From the NCBI GenBank assembly GCA_963664405.1, contig OY761158.1:3072001-3136000 (forward strand): a DNA stretch of 64,000 bases, given 5' to 3'. This document shows positions 8,214 to 19,364 of the stretch, in pieces. This stretch comes from Thermoanaerobaculia bacterium (lineage in GTDB: Bacteria; Acidobacteriota; Thermoanaerobaculia; Multivoradales; Multivoraceae). Each line of letters begins with the position of its first letter. Position 1 is the first letter of the stretch. The position numbers and the translations under genes were made by a program. A model generated the notes under the pieces. It searched no databases and had not been told where the DNA came from. It was given only the letters and a program-made list of their open reading frames with translations.

Positions 8214-8783
8214 ATGTCGCTTCGGGTAGGAACACTTGCGATCGTGCTTTCGATCTCGTCTCTGGTGGTGGTGCCGCTGGTGGCCCAGACGGCGACGGCT
8301 GAATTCAGCATTTCCGGCACCTCTACAGTACGGGCGTGGACCTGCACGGCCGAGGGAGCGATGGAGATCGAGCCGGGCAGCTCGAGCGAACCGGTTCCTG
8401 GATTCCCGAGCGGAGTCGAGGCCGTCTCCATCGTTGTTTCGGTGGCGGCGATCGAATGCCCGGAAGAAGACATGATGGAGCACCTCCAGGAGGCCCTGGA
8501 AGAGCCCGAATACCCGGAGATCACCTATCGCCTCGAGGAGTACAGCTTCAAGACCGAAAACAGCGCCGAGGCGACCGGCACGATGACGATCCACGGCACT
8601 CCCAAACCGATCACCTTCGACATCCAGCTCGAAGAGAGCGCCGGGGGCGTTCGGGGGGTGGGCGAGACTTCGATCGACATGACCGAGTTCGGAGTCGAGC
8701 CGCCTTCGGTGTGGCTGGGAATGCTCAACGTCGGCGAGGTCGTCACCATCAAGTTCATGGCGTTGCTCCCGGCCGCCCAGTAG
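8214..8783 (+). CDS. YceI family protein
   Basis: Signal peptide, GTSTVRAW, MMEHLQEAL, GTMTIHG, IDMTEFGVEPP. Confidence 0.88.
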   Translation: MSLRVGTLAIVLSISSLVVVPLVAQTATAEFSISGTSTVRAWTCTAEGAMEIEPGSSSEPVPGFPSGVEAVSIVVSVAAIECPEEDMMEHLQEALEEPEYPEITYRLEEYSFKTENSAEATGTMTIHGTPKPITFDIQLEESAGGVRGVGETSIDMTEFGVEPPSVWLGMLNVGEVVTIKFMALLPAAQ

Positions 8784-8793
8784 AGTTGGCCGA

Positions 8794-9287
8794 ATGTCCC
8801 GAACATCTCTTCCAATACTCACTCGAGCTGCAGCTCTCTCTGCCTTGATAGCGAGCTCCGCCTTCGCTCAGAGCGCGGAGTCTTCGTATCAACTCCAAGA
8901 GGGCTGGGCGCAGCTTCCCGACGGCGTAGAGGCGTGGGGTCAGACGATCGGAATCGATCTCGATGCCGCGAGCAACCTATGGGTCTTTCATCGCTGCTTC
9001 GCGAACAATTGCGTCGGGCTCGATGACGTCCCAGCGGTGCTCCGGTACGACCCCTCGGGCGAACTGATCGACAGCTGGGGTCGAGGGATGTTCGTGTGGC
9101 CGCATGGCTTCTTCGTCGATGCCGAAGAACATCTGGACCACCGACGCTCGCGGGGAAGGCGGCCGCGGTCGGCTTCATCCCCGACGCGCTCCCCGAGGGA
9201 GTGGCTGTTGACGCGGGGGGAAATGTTTACGCGGCGGAGGTCACGGGCCGCAATCTCAAGAAGCTCGCAAGCGGTAGGGGCGACTGA
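8794..9287 (+). pseudogene. NHL-repeat (PAL-like) protein, internally deleted and frameshifted
   Basis: N-terminal EGWAQLP..WG..FVWPHGFFVDAE, then frameshifts into C-terminal PEGVAVDAGGNVYAAEV..RNLKK. Confidence 0.75.
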
Positions 9288-9318
9288 GCCGCGCCCGCCG
9301 CCGCGGGGCTGAATCACC

Positions 9319-10356
9319 TTGTTTGAACACGAGCGCGCTATCGGCGCCCAGGCCGACATCCATCACGCCTACTTCTTGGGCCTGCAGCTCATGGTCTCGA
9401 CCCGGGAGGGCGCCGAGGTCGTCGGCGACTGGATGTTCAGGCTCTTTCGTCGCCAACACGAGGAGAAGTTCCTCTCCAGCTTCGACAAGCTCGGCTTGCG
9501 GGGCCTACCCGACGCGGTCGCCTGTGCTCGATACCACGTGCTCTCGAACAGCATGGGAGGGGTGCCGGTGGAATACATGGAGGAATCGGACACCAAGGCC
9601 TGGGTGCGGTTTCGCTATCCGCGCTGGATGTTCGACGGACCGACGCTCTGTGGGGTTCCCGTCGAGGCGAGCCGCGGGTTCCTCAGAGGCTGGTATGCGC
9701 ACAATGGCGTGTCGCTCGGCAATCCGCGCCTGGGATTCGTCTGCGTGTCCGAGGACATGACCGGGGAGTTCGGTTTCTGCGGCTACTTCAAGGAGTTCGA
9801 CCATGTCCTCTCCGAGGGCGAACGTCTGAGCTTCGCCCAGTGCGAGCTACCGCCTCCGTTCGATGCCGCAGCTCAGCCGCAGCCACCGGCCGAAGAGTGG
9901 AGTGAAGAGCGCCTCGCCAAGGCGACACGCAACTATGCGGTCGAGTATGTGCGCAACGGTATCCGTGAGCTGGTCGGCGTCCTCGGCCGCGAGCGCGCCC
10001 TCGAGCTCGGTCGCCTCGCCGCCCGATTGACCGGCCTGCAGTATTTTCGGCAGCTGGCCGACGCGGTTGGCGCCAAGGATGGCGATGCCGGGGATACGGC
10101 GCGATTTCTGGCGGCCATGTTCCAGGGTATGGGTGACGAGGTGAGCGTGGTCGTTGACGAGGGTGGGCGGCACGCATCCCTGACCCAGCGCGGGCTGCGG
10201 GTCGCGCGCGGCCTTTCTGGCGCGGATCGCGCCGACCTGATCGAATGTTGGGCCGAGCTCTGGCGCGGCACGGTCCATTCTCACCGGCGCCTCAAGACCG
10301 TGGAGGCGACGGCTTGCCCCGACCGGATCGAGTGGGTGATCGAGGACAGGCACTAA
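9319..10356 (+). CDS. Conserved hypothetical protein
   Basis: 345-aa ORF with a globular, non-shadow composition (YHVLSN, NGVSLGNPRLGFVC). Confidence 0.75.
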   Translation: MFEHERAIGAQADIHHAYFLGLQLMVSTREGAEVVGDWMFRLFRRQHEEKFLSSFDKLGLRGLPDAVACARYHVLSNSMGGVPVEYMEESDTKAWVRFRYPRWMFDGPTLCGVPVEASRGFLRGWYAHNGVSLGNPRLGFVCVSEDMTGEFGFCGYFKEFDHVLSEGERLSFAQCELPPPFDAAAQPQPPAEEWSEERLAKATRNYAVEYVRNGIRELVGVLGRERALELGRLAARLTGLQYFRQLADAVGAKDGDAGDTARFLAAMFQGMGDEVSVVVDEGGRHASLTQRGLRVARGLSGADRADLIECWAELWRGTVHSHRRLKTVEATACPDRIEWVIEDRH

Positions 10357-10380
10357 GAGTCGCGGGATCACTTACCAGGG

Positions 10381-10548
10381 CTAGTGGACCGTAACACCCA
10401 AACGTTTAGCGCCTGAGTGGCCCTCGCGGCCGATCTCTGCGTTACGCTTCCTCGACATAGTCCCCGCTATGCCTGCGTCAGCGCGCCTTGATCTCGACCA
10501 CGAATGACTCACTCAGCCACTAAACGTTCGAGTGTTACGGTCCACTAG
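10381..10548. mobile_element. 168-bp MITE with CTAG ends
   Basis: CTAGTGGACCGTAACAC...GTGTTACGGTCCACTAG long TIRs. It supplies the stop codon of the lactate permease. Confidence 0.8.
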
Positions 10549-12307
10549 ATCCGTGTCTCGCGATCAGATAGATGGCAAACGCTGCGATCCCGGCGACCAG
10601 CACAGAGCCGGCGTTGAGAAAGCCGGTCCGGGCGTAGCTCACGATCAGGTAGCCAAGCGAACCGGATAGCAGTGCGTAGTAGAGGAAGGCGACGCCAGTG
10701 AGGCGGATGACCGCGCCCTCCCGTCCGAGCAGGCCGACCACGGCCGATGCGGCGACGACGTTGTGTACGCAGATCATGTTGCCCGCGGCCCCGCCTACGG
10801 CCTGCAGTGCGACCACCCAGGTCGGGTCGACTCCGATTCGCTGGCCCATGTCGAACTGAAAGAGCGAGAACATCATGTTGCTGACGGTGTTCGATCCCGC
10901 GACAGCGGCACCGATGCCGCCGATAAAGGGCGAGAAGATCGGCCACGCCGAGCCGACCAGCGCGGCGACCCCGTCGGCCAGCGCGATCGGCATGCGCTCG
11001 TAACCGGCGGCCCCGCCGTAGCTGTTGATAAAGATCTGCACCATGGGAACGGTGAAGACCAACGCTACCGATGCGGCTGCGGTCACCTTGAGAGATGAAA
11101 CCCACGACGCCTTGTAGGAGCCGGAGGGAATCTGGTGCAGCTTCCAGGTGAGGAGAGAGGCTACAACGAAGACGGTTCCCGGTAGAAACAGCGGCTGAAC
11201 GCTGGCCGAGACTTCGGTGCCGAAGATATTGGGCCAGCTGATGGTCCAAGCTTGGAGCCAGCCGCCGAAGGGAAGCCCGCGCAGCCGGGTGACCAGGAGA
11301 AGCACAGCGACGATCACGTAGGGCAACCAAGCCTTGAACATGCTCATCGAGCCGCTGGCGTGAGTGACCTCCTTGGTTTCGATCGAGCCGGTCCAGTCGG
11401 CTGGCCAGTTCTCCTTCTTGTCAAAGTCCCACGCGTCTTCAGGTGCCGGGACCAGAAAGCCGCGGCGAGAGGCGGTGACGACGATGGCCAGTCCGATCAG
11501 ACTGCCGAGCAGAGCGGGGAACTCCGGCCCCAGAAAGTAGGCCGCTGCGACGTAAGGAATCGTCATCGCGAAGGCGGCGAAGAGGGCGAATTTCCAGACT
11601 TGGAGCCCCTCGGCGAGGGAGCGATTCTTGCCGAAGAAACGGGTCATCGTTGCTACCAGAATGAGCGGTACCAGCGTTCCGGCGGCGGCGTGAAGGATAG
11701 CGACCTTGAAGCCGATGAAGGCCAGGAAATCGGTCCACTCGGCATAGCCGAGCTGAGCCGCGTACTCCTGAAGCGCCGGGTCAGCCGAGAGGCCGGTGCT
11801 GACACCGACGAGGATCGGGGTGCCGGCCGCACCGAAGCTCACCGGCGTGCTCTGGATGATCATGCCCGCGGTGACCGCTGCCATACCGGGAAAGCCCAGG
11901 CCCACCAGTAGCGGCACCGCAACGGCCGCCGGTGTGCCGAAGCCGGCCGATCCTTCGATGAAGGCGCCGAACAACCAAGCGACGATGATGACCTGCACTC
12001 GCCGGTCAGGAGTGATGTCGATGAATCCTTGGCGAATGGTCTTTAGAGCGCCGCTCTCTTGCAGCGTGTTGAGCAGCAGGATGGCGCCGAAGATGATGTA
12101 GAGCAACGTGAAGGCCACGATCAGGCCATTGATCGACGCGGCGACGACCTGCAGAGCCGGTACCTGCCATACAAAGAGTGCAAGGACGATCGCGACCGCC
12201 AGCGAGAGTGGCATGGCACGGCTCGCCGGCCAGCGAAGACCGACCAGAAAGACAGCGACCGTAATGATCGGTAGCAGCGAAAGGACCGAGAGAGTCGCAG
12301 CGTTCAT
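10535..12307 (-). CDS. lctP: L-lactate permease
   Basis: [35 protein letters not shown] and [20 protein letters not shown] motifs. Confidence 0.93.
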   Translation of the reverse strand: MNAATLSVLSLLPIITVAVFLVGLRWPASRAMPLSLAVAIVLALFVWQVPALQVVAASINGLIVAFTLLYIIFGAILLLNTLQESGALKTIRQGFIDITPDRRVQVIIVAWLFGAFIEGSAGFGTPAAVAVPLLVGLGFPGMAAVTAGMIIQSTPVSFGAAGTPILVGVSTGLSADPALQEYAAQLGYAEWTDFLAFIGFKVAILHAAAGTLVPLILVATMTRFFGKNRSLAEGLQVWKFALFAAFAMTIPYVAAAYFLGPEFPALLGSLIGLAIVVTASRRGFLVPAPEDAWDFDKKENWPADWTGSIETKEVTHASGSMSMFKAWLPYVIVAVLLLVTRLRGLPFGGWLQAWTISWPNIFGTEVSASVQPLFLPGTVFVVASLLTWKLHQIPSGSYKASWVSSLKVTAAASVALVFTVPMVQIFINSYGGAAGYERMPIALADGVAALVGSAWPIFSPFIGGIGAAVAGSNTVSNMMFSLFQFDMGQRIGVDPTWVVALQAVGGAAGNMICVHNVVAASAVVGLLGREGAVIRLTGVAFLYYALLSGSLGYLIVSYARTGFLNAGSVLVAGIAAFAIYLIARHGSSGP

Positions 12308-12741
12308 TGAGGTTCGTCCAATCTAGGGAAGAGACCGGAGAAGAATCGCTCCGACTCCACGATCGCGGTAAATTACGAAACTGGCAAGAGAGACAGGAAA
12401 CGCAATTGTAGACTCCCGAGGTCCGTTGTGACAACGATGGCCCGATGGCTCTAGACCGGTCGGTCTATTCCGGTGCTAACATCCCGCCGTCAACGAGAAT
12501 GAGCTTCGAGACCCTAGATCCGGCGAGTCCGCCGGGTGGCCGAATCGATCGAGCCTCTAGGAGCGACGGAGGGGGCGCCGGCACGCCGCGACGATCTCCC
12601 GGCCGGTGTCGAGTTGCTGCGCGAAGGCGACGGCATCCGGGTCGTAAACGTGGGCTGACGCCGCTCTCGGTGGGTGCCTGTCCACTCTCGGCGAGCATGT
12701 AGAGTAGTGGTCCCAGCCAGCCGTCAGCAGAGGAGGAACCG

Positions 12742-13959
12742 ATGCCAGCCCTCGATGGAATGCGAATTCTCGACCTCACCCAGTACGAAGCAGGAACTTC
12801 GTGTACGCAGGCTCTGGCCTGGATGGGAGCGGATGTAGTGAAGGTAGAGCGCCCGGGCGTCGGCGACCCCGGGCGAGGAGCCCTCGACCCCAATAGTGTC
12901 GAGGACTCAGAGTACTTTCTCAACTGGAACAGCAATAAGCGCAGCGTGACGATCGCGTTGGACAGACCCGAGGGCCGTGAGCTCCTGCTGCGAATGGCAC
13001 CGGCTTACGACGCAGTCGTCGAGAACTTCGGTCCGGGTGTGGTGGAGAAGTTGGGTGTTGCGTACGAGGACTTCACCGAAGTGCATCCCGAGATCATCTA
13101 TGCGCGGATCAAGGGCTTCGGCTCGAGCGGCCCGTATGCCGAGTACAAGTGTTTCGACCCGGTGGCGCAGGCGACCGGCGGTGCGATGTCGGTGACCGGA
13201 GACGAAGATGGGCCGCCGGTGAAACCTGGCGCGACGATCGGCGACTCCGGCACCGGCGTTCAGATGGCCTTGGCTCTCTGTGCCGCCTACGTTCAGAAGC
13301 TGCGCACCGGTCGCGGCCAGCTGGTCGAGCTGTCGATGCAAGAAGCCCTCACCTATTACATGCGCACCAGCATCGCGATGGGCTCCAACTTCGGTCGCCG
13401 AGCTACCCCGCGTCGGAGCAACGGCTTCGGCGCCGTCGCTACCCTCTATCCCACCAAGGGCGGTGGACCGAACGACTACCTCTACATCATGGCCATCACT
13501 CCTCGCATGTGGTCCTCGCTGTGCGAGGCGATGGGCCGCCCGGAGCTGATCGAGGACCCACGATTCGTCAAGGCGAAGCTGCGTCGCGAGAACGAAGAGG
13601 CTCTCAAAGAAGAGATCGCAGCGTGGATGCTCAGCCACGACAAGCACGAGGCGATGCGCATCCTCGGCGAGGCGGGAGTGCCGGCGGGTGCGGTCTTCGA
13701 CACCGTCGACCTCTTCGAGGATCCTCACCTCCAAGCACGCGGCTTCATCAAATCGGTCCCCCACCCCGAGCGCGGCTCGATTCGCCTGCTGGGCTGGCCG
13801 GCAAGGATGTCCGCCAGCGAGGTCCCCCTCGAAGCGGCCCCTTTGCTCGGCCGCGACACCGACGAGGTGCTCGCCGCAGACCTCGGTCTCGATGCCGAAC
13901 AGATCGCAGCGCTGCGCACCGACGGAGTGCTCGGTGACGAGGCGACGGAGCCCGAGTAG
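12742..13959 (+). CDS. Family III CoA transferase (CaiB/BaiF, Frc-like)
   Basis: LDLTQYEAG, GADVVKVE, NSNKRSV, ENFGPG, and IGDSGTG with the catalytic Asp. Confidence 0.92.
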   Translation: MPALDGMRILDLTQYEAGTSCTQALAWMGADVVKVERPGVGDPGRGALDPNSVEDSEYFLNWNSNKRSVTIALDRPEGRELLLRMAPAYDAVVENFGPGVVEKLGVAYEDFTEVHPEIIYARIKGFGSSGPYAEYKCFDPVAQATGGAMSVTGDEDGPPVKPGATIGDSGTGVQMALALCAAYVQKLRTGRGQLVELSMQEALTYYMRTSIAMGSNFGRRATPRRSNGFGAVATLYPTKGGGPNDYLYIMAITPRMWSSLCEAMGRPELIEDPRFVKAKLRRENEEALKEEIAAWMLSHDKHEAMRILGEAGVPAGAVFDTVDLFEDPHLQARGFIKSVPHPERGSIRLLGWPARMSASEVPLEAAPLLGRDTDEVLAADLGLDAEQIAALRTDGVLGDEATEPE

Positions 13960-14037
13960 GTCGCGGCGGGGGGGCGTCTTGTTACCAATCACCAGAACGG
14001 GCTCGTGATTCCTCATAGCTCGAGCTCGAATTCTGGG

Positions 14038-14748
14038 TCAGTCGCGCCAGAGGAAGCCGTTGCCTGTGGTTCTATACGTGCGCCTGAAAGTGACCACGGG
14101 TTCAACGCCTTTTGCCGACATCCTTGGTCCCAGGACCAGGTGCTTCGGGTCTTCGGCATGTCTTTGACGGGCTGCCTCGTCGGTAGTCCCCATCACGAAA
14201 ATCAGATCTCCCTTCTTGACGTCAATCTCGCGGTCGGCGTCCGCGGCGGCAATACCTCCACTGTAGATCAGCGTATCCGGCTCGTTATCCCGGCAGTAGT
14301 CCGCGTGTTCTGCCGACAAACGAATAAACGCCTCGAGAGCGTCGGTCTCGAGTCGGAGCCCCACCACGATCAGCATGCACCCTGTGTCGGTACTGGCACT
14401 TCCCGATCCGGGCCGCCCCCACCAGCCGTAATCGGGCAGGTCTACAAACCGGGTGCTCATGACGCGACGCTTGGTCATGTTTGCCGCTCCCATCGTTTCC
14501 ATGAGAGCCGCATGAGCAGGCCGTTCGCTGTGAGCCTTCAGGCTGCTGGAACCGTTCTGGTAACGCTCATAGACGAGAACGTTGAGCTCGTTCTCCACGT
14601 TCACACTGGCGGCGTAGGCGGTGGTCTCCGGCTCTCCGTCCCGTGCGTCCTCGGCTCGTTTGTTCCACACCTCCAGCCAGTCAGTCAGTGATGTGGTCTC
14701 CGGTCGAATCTGAAACTCGACCAGTGCGGTCATGGATTCATTAGTCAT
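14038..14748 (-). CDS. Tandem ABM (dimeric alpha-beta barrel) domain protein
   Basis: Two repeats with EPETTAY/EPDTLIY, VYERY and H..RPAH/H..DPKH. Confidence 0.7.
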   Translation of the reverse strand: MTNESMTALVEFQIRPETTSLTDWLEVWNKRAEDARDGEPETTAYAASVNVENELNVLVYERYQNGSSSLKAHSERPAHAALMETMGAANMTKRRVMSTRFVDLPDYGWWGRPGSGSASTDTGCMLIVVGLRLETDALEAFIRLSAEHADYCRDNEPDTLIYSGGIAAADADREIDVKKGDLIFVMGTTDEAARQRHAEDPKHLVLGPRMSAKGVEPVVTFRRTYRTTGNGFLWRD

Positions 14749-14948
14749 ACCATCTCCTTGCTTCCATGCTGCTCGGCAGGGTCCGGTATGTTACCCCCTG
14801 ACTGTAACCGTCCCTCTGGCCCCGTTCAGCGAGGCTGGTGGATCGTGAGCCACCTCGATCTGGAGGTCTTCCATCAGGGAGACCTTGTTGACGGGTGAGG
14901 CGACGGTGCGCGAGCATGGGTGAAACTTCGAGTCGGGAGGAGGCTGGC

Positions 14949-15809
14949 ATGGGTGTATTGGACGGTAAGGTGGCGATCATCACCGGGGCGGGAAACGGGA
15001 TCGGCAAGGAGCACGCCCTGCTCTTTGCGCGCGAAGGGGCCAGAGTGCTGGTGAACGATCCGGGTGGGGACCGTCATGGGTCGGGAACGTCGGGGGCTGC
15101 CGAGAAGGTGGTCGAGGAGATTCGGGCTGAGGGGGGTGAGGCGGTGGCTAGCCTCGTTCCGGTCGGCGACAGGGCGGCTGCCGAGAAGATTGTTGGCGAG
15201 GCCGTCGAGGCCTTCGGCAAGGTCGATATTCTGGTCAATAACGCCGGTATTCTTCGTGATCGCACGATCCTAAAGACTTCTGAGGAGGAATGGGATCAAG
15301 TTCTGGAGGTCCACCTCAAGGGTAGCTTCATGATGATGCAGGCGGCGGCGCTGCAGATGCGGGAGCAGGGCTGGGGCGGACGCATCATCCATACCTCTTC
15401 CGGCTCAGGGCTCCTGGGCAACTTCGGCCAGGCCAACTATGGAGCGGCGAAGGCCGGAATGTGGGCGCTCACCCGTATCGGGGCGATGGAGCTGGCCCAC
15501 TACCAGATCACCGTCAACGCCATCGCGCCCATGGCCTACACGCGGATGACCGAGGACCTGGTCGGTAATCGTGGTCTCGACCCCGAGGAGCGCGTCGAAA
15601 GCCAGGGGCCGCAGCACATTGCACCTCTCGTCGCCTACTTGGCCTCGGACAAGGCCGCGGCGGTCAGCGGTGAGGTTTTCGGTGTCGGCGGTACCCGCGT
15701 CTTCATCTATAAGATGATGGTCACCCGGGGCATAGAAAAGCGCGGCACCGCCGAGCCCTGGACGCAGGACGAGCTCGCCGCTACATTCGATCGCGCTCTA
15801 CGCGTGTAG
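14949..15809 (+). CDS. Short-chain dehydrogenase/reductase
   Basis: TGAGNGIG, NNAGILRD and YGAAK motifs. Confidence 0.93.
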   Translation: MGVLDGKVAIITGAGNGIGKEHALLFAREGARVLVNDPGGDRHGSGTSGAAEKVVEEIRAEGGEAVASLVPVGDRAAAEKIVGEAVEAFGKVDILVNNAGILRDRTILKTSEEEWDQVLEVHLKGSFMMMQAAALQMREQGWGGRIIHTSSGSGLLGNFGQANYGAAKAGMWALTRIGAMELAHYQITVNAIAPMAYTRMTEDLVGNRGLDPEERVESQGPQHIAPLVAYLASDKAAAVSGEVFGVGGTRVFIYKMMVTRGIEKRGTAEPWTQDELAATFDRALRV

Positions 15810-15810
15810 G

Positions 15811-15997
15811 CATCCTCCGGCGGCCGTTGTCGCAGGGGACGACCGCAGGGGGGTCTTGGGGCCCGGGGTGCTCCGCGCGTTGGGTGGGCCCTCGTGGTGA
15901 AGCCGAGTGGTGCTCGAATAGTTATGCTGCGCACCCCGGCCCCCAAGACCCCTTCGGCGGCCTGCGAGCCTGCCCCAACGAACGCCGGAGATCCTCC
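15811..15997. repeat. ~185-nt fold-back element
   Basis: CTCCGGCG..CGTTG..GCAGG..GGGGTCTTGGGGCCCGGGGTGC pairs with GCACCCCGGCCCCCAAGACCCC..CCTGC..CAACG..CGCCGGAG. Confidence 0.7.
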
Positions 15998-16165
15998 ACG
16001 CAGTGCTCGCGCGCCATCGGTGCCTCGGAGTAGTTGCGCTGTATCAGGAATGTGAACCGTCTCCGCAGTCCGACACTCACGTTGAGCTGGCACTGTCACG
16101 AAGGCCGGTGAGCGGCTCTGGTGTGCGGGGCCGGGCCCGGGGGCCTCCGCGAGCGGGGGAACGGG

Positions 16166-16260
16166 GGAGTGAGGGAGTGAAGGAGTGAAGACTAGGATCC
16201 GTAGAGGCTTCCCCACTCTTATTTTTCACTTTTTCACTTTCTTACTCTTTCACTTCTTCA
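16166..16260. repeat. Inverted octamer-array element
   Basis: GAGTGAAG-like units, a spacer, then TTTCACT(T/C)-like units. It overlaps the DUF2911 stop. Confidence 0.75.
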
Positions 16261-16856
16261 ACAGTAGTCCTCCACTCGGTGTCTCCCCAGGCGATGCGGA
16301 ACGATGCGCTGCCGTTCGCTTCTGCGAGCTCGATGATGAGCTCCGACGCACTCTCGGCAGGCTTGCCGACCGTCAGCGCGATCTCGCCGACGTCGGCTTC
16401 GGGGTTGTGCATGGTGGCCCAGATGTCGGGCTCGGAGTTGGCTACCAGGTTCCAGCCGTTGGTGGTCTTTTTCAGCCAGAGGCTGTAGACGCCAGGGTAG
16501 TTTGCGGCGACGTTCTCGGTGTCGAGTCTCAGCTCGCCACCGACGATGAGGTCGACCTCGGTGCGGAGCTTCCATGCCGCGGATCTCGTCAACCGGAGGA
16601 CCTCTCCCTCTTTCACTTTCTGGAGCTGAGGGTAGTCGTCGCTCGAGGTGGCCAGGGAGTGGTAGAGGATGCTGAGTTTGCGACCCCCCAGCTCGATCTC
16701 CGTCCTCGGCATCTGGGCGTAGCTCGAGCGGCTGCTGCTCCGAGTCGATTGCCCGGCGTCCGCCGTCTGACCATCGTCCCTGGAGCGATCTTGAGCAACC
16801 AGCCCGGCGCCGGGTAGAAGGAGGGCAACGAGAATGAATGCTTGGATGAGTCTCAT
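16242..16856 (-). CDS. DUF2911 domain protein
   Basis: Signal peptide, G.YSLW...W.LV.N, W.T.H....D, E..E.LIIEL, IAWGD. Confidence 0.7.
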   Translation of the reverse strand: MRLIQAFILVALLLPGAGLVAQDRSRDDGQTADAGQSTRSSSRSSYAQMPRTEIELGGRKLSILYHSLATSSDDYPQLQKVKEGEVLRLTRSAAWKLRTEVDLIVGGELRLDTENVAANYPGVYSLWLKKTTNGWNLVANSEPDIWATMHNPEADVGEIALTVGKPAESASELIIELAEANGSASFRIAWGDTEWRTTVEEVKE

Positions 16857-16865
16857 TGATCGTCC

Positions 16866-17672
16866 TCAGATAAGCCGGTCGAAGAATGAACGAAGCGATC
16901 GTGTCACTTTTCCCGGCGACTCGGACATCATCATATGCCCCACGTTGGGGAGGATCTCGAATTCCCCATTAGGGATGCTCTCCGCCAGCGCTCTTCCTGC
17001 CCCAGGGGGCGTCATACGATCGCCGGCGCCGGAGAGCACCAGAGTCGGAGCTTCGACCGAAGGGGCCAGCGCCTCACCCTCCCAGGCGTTACAGGCGTGA
17101 AAGTCGCGCTCGAGCACGTGCGGGTCGCAGCGCTCGAGAAGCGCCATGCCGGCCCCGAGCATCCATACGCCTGGTGCCTCGCTGCCACCGAAGTGTGCCT
17201 CCTGAGCATGACCGAATGCGGTGATGAAGCGAGTTGCTTGCTGCGGATCGTTAGTGGTGTCGTGCAAGAGACTGTCGTTGACGTTGAGCGTCGGGCCGCT
17301 GCCGAGGAGAGCCAGCGCTCGCACACGCTGCGGGACCGTGGCTGCAAGGGTCAAGGCGATGCAGGCGCCCATCGAGTGACCGACCAGGGCGACCTCCGAG
17401 GCGCCGAGCGCGACGATGAAGCGTTCGAGCCAACCCGCGTAGCCTTCGATCGAGTCGGTGCCTTCGGCATCTTCGCTGCGCCCGTGCCCGGGTAGGTCGG
17501 GAGCGGCCACATTCCATCCGTGCTGCGCCAGAGCCCTGGCCTGGAGTGCCCACACCGAATGGTCGAGCGCGGCGCCGTGCACTAGGACGACAGTCCCAAG
17601 ACCCTCCCGCCATGCCACACCGCCATCGCCGTAGCCGATCGAGCGGCCGTCGACGTCGACCCGTGGGGTCAT
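16866..17672 (-). CDS. Alpha/beta hydrolase
   Basis: VLVHGA, DLPGHGRS, GHSMG, GHMMM. Confidence 0.92.
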   Translation of the reverse strand: MTPRVDVDGRSIGYGDGGVAWREGLGTVVLVHGAALDHSVWALQARALAQHGWNVAAPDLPGHGRSEDAEGTDSIEGYAGWLERFIVALGASEVALVGHSMGACIALTLAATVPQRVRALALLGSGPTLNVNDSLLHDTTNDPQQATRFITAFGHAQEAHFGGSEAPGVWMLGAGMALLERCDPHVLERDFHACNAWEGEALAPSVEAPTLVLSGAGDRMTPPGAGRALAESIPNGEFEILPNVGHMMMSESPGKVTRSLRSFFDRLI

Positions 17673-18970
17673 CCGACCGCCTTCTGCGATCGGGCCAGCG
17701 CGCGGCCGAGGTCCGCGAGTAGGTCCTGAGTGTCCTCCAACCCGATCGAGAGACGGATCATGTCTTCTCCGATGCCGGCCTCCGCCATCTGCTCATCACT
17801 CATCTGCTGGTGGGTGGTGCTGGCTGGGTGGATCACCAGGCTCTTGGCGTCTCCGACATTGGCGAGGTGGCTGAAGAGCTGCATCCCCTCGATGAAGGCG
17901 ATTCCCGCCTCGAGCCCACCCTTGAGGCCAAAGGTCATCACCGCCCCCTCACCCCGCGGCAGATATTTTCTTGCCAGTTCGTGGTCGCTATGGCTCGCCA
18001 ATCCCGGATAGCTGATCCAGCTGAGGGCCTCATGATCCTCCAGGAAGGCGGCGACCGATCGCGCGTTGGCAACGTGGCGCTCCATGCGCAGAGGAAGAGT
18101 CTCGAGGCCCTGGAGAAGATAGAACGCAGCTTGGGGGTTCAAGCAGGCGCCGAAGTCGCGCAGGCCCTCGAGTCGCGCCTTCATGATGAAGGCAGTGGGT
18201 CCGAAATGGTCGGCGAAGGCGACTCCGTGATATCCCGGTGAGGGCTCGGTCATGATTGGGAAGCGGCCGGATCCGGACCAGTCGAAGCGACCGCTGTCGA
18301 CGACGAGACCACCGATGGTTACGCCGTGGCCGCCGAGGAACTTGGTTGCCGAGTGCAAAACGAGATCGGCGCCATGCTCGAAGGGTCGACATAGATACGG
18401 AGTCGCGAAGGTGCTGTCGATGAGCAGGGGCACGCCCGCCTCGTGTGCGATCTGCGCGACCGCCTCGAGATCGAGAACATCGATCCGTGGGTTGCCGATG
18501 GTCTCGCCGTAGACCATCTTGGTGCGCGGGTTTATGGCACTGGCGAAGCCCTCGAGATCGCCGGGAGCGACGAAAGTCGTCTCTATCCCGAAACGACTGA
18601 GGGTGTGGGCGAAGAGGTTGTGGGAGCCGCCGTACAGCGAGCTCGACGAGACCACATGGTCTCCGGCGCCAAGCAATGTGGTGACAGCGAGGTGGAGAGC
18701 CGCCTGCCCGGAGGCAGTGGCGACGGCTCCGACTCCACCTTCGAGAGCGGCGATGCGTTCTTCCAGCACTGCGGTGGTCGGATTCGAGATCCGAGAGTAG
18801 ATGTGGCCTGCTGTTTCGAGGTTGAAAAGGCCGGCGGCATGGTCGGTATCGCGAAAGACGTAGGAGGTGGTGTTGTAGACCGGGACGGCCCGAGCGCCGG
18901 TCGCGGCGTCGGGGCGCTGGCCGGCGTGTAGGGCCAAGGTGTCGAACTGGTAGAACCACTTCTCAGACAT
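17669..18970 (-). CDS. metY: O-acetylhomoserine aminocarboxypropyltransferase
   Basis: [19 protein letters not shown] (PLP Lys), [22 protein letters not shown]. Confidence 0.92.
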   Translation of the reverse strand: MSEKWFYQFDTLALHAGQRPDAATGARAVPVYNTTSYVFRDTDHAAGLFNLETAGHIYSRISNPTTAVLEERIAALEGGVGAVATASGQAALHLAVTTLLGAGDHVVSSSSLYGGSHNLFAHTLSRFGIETTFVAPGDLEGFASAINPRTKMVYGETIGNPRIDVLDLEAVAQIAHEAGVPLLIDSTFATPYLCRPFEHGADLVLHSATKFLGGHGVTIGGLVVDSGRFDWSGSGRFPIMTEPSPGYHGVAFADHFGPTAFIMKARLEGLRDFGACLNPQAAFYLLQGLETLPLRMERHVANARSVAAFLEDHEALSWISYPGLASHSDHELARKYLPRGEGAVMTFGLKGGLEAGIAFIEGMQLFSHLANVGDAKSLVIHPASTTHQQMSDEQMAEAGIGEDMIRLSIGLEDTQDLLADLGRALARSQKAVG

Positions 18971-19094
18971 TCGGCCTGCCTCCTAAAGGATTGTACTCGC
19001 CACTGGAGCTGGGCCGCGGTTGGCAGCCCCGCACGCGTTGTCCATCGTCATGGACATCGTCATTGACTTCTCGGAAGCTCTCCAGTACTTTGCA

Positions 19095-19272
19095 AGAGTA
19101 CTTTGGGGTGCCCCATTCGGGGAAAAAAGGGAAGCAGGTCGAAAACCTGCGCGGACCCGCCACTGTAGCCGGCGAGCTCTCCTCCTTGGTGTAAGTCACG
19201 CCGCCACTCGGATCGATCCGGGGAAGGTTGGAGGAAGGGCGCTCGAGCCGGGAGCCAGGAAACCTGCCCCAA
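19095..19272 (+). promoter_or_regulatory. Cobalamin riboswitch
   Basis: GGTG..AAAGGGAA.CAGGTCGAAAACCTGCGCGGACCCGCCACTGT ... GCCACT..GGGAAGG ... GAGCCAGGAAACCTGCC, upstream of a TonB receptor. Confidence 0.92.
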
Positions 19273-19364
19273 TTCGTCCAGCCGGAGGCTTCTCGGATGA
19301 CAGAGGCTTTTGCTCCTAAGCGACCTCGATATCGTTCGCTGCCGCCTCCAGCAGGAGGTCAGCG

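Noticed and set aside
6954-8822. 622-aa ORF as a single large protein
   Set aside because: Only the part from 7814 is MBL-like. The extension is an antisense shadow of the YceI and oxidase sequences.
12308-12741. Long intergenic region as a riboswitch or lactate regulator site
   Set aside because: I recognised no aptamer or operator consensus. It may contain a small decayed gene fragment that I cannot assign.
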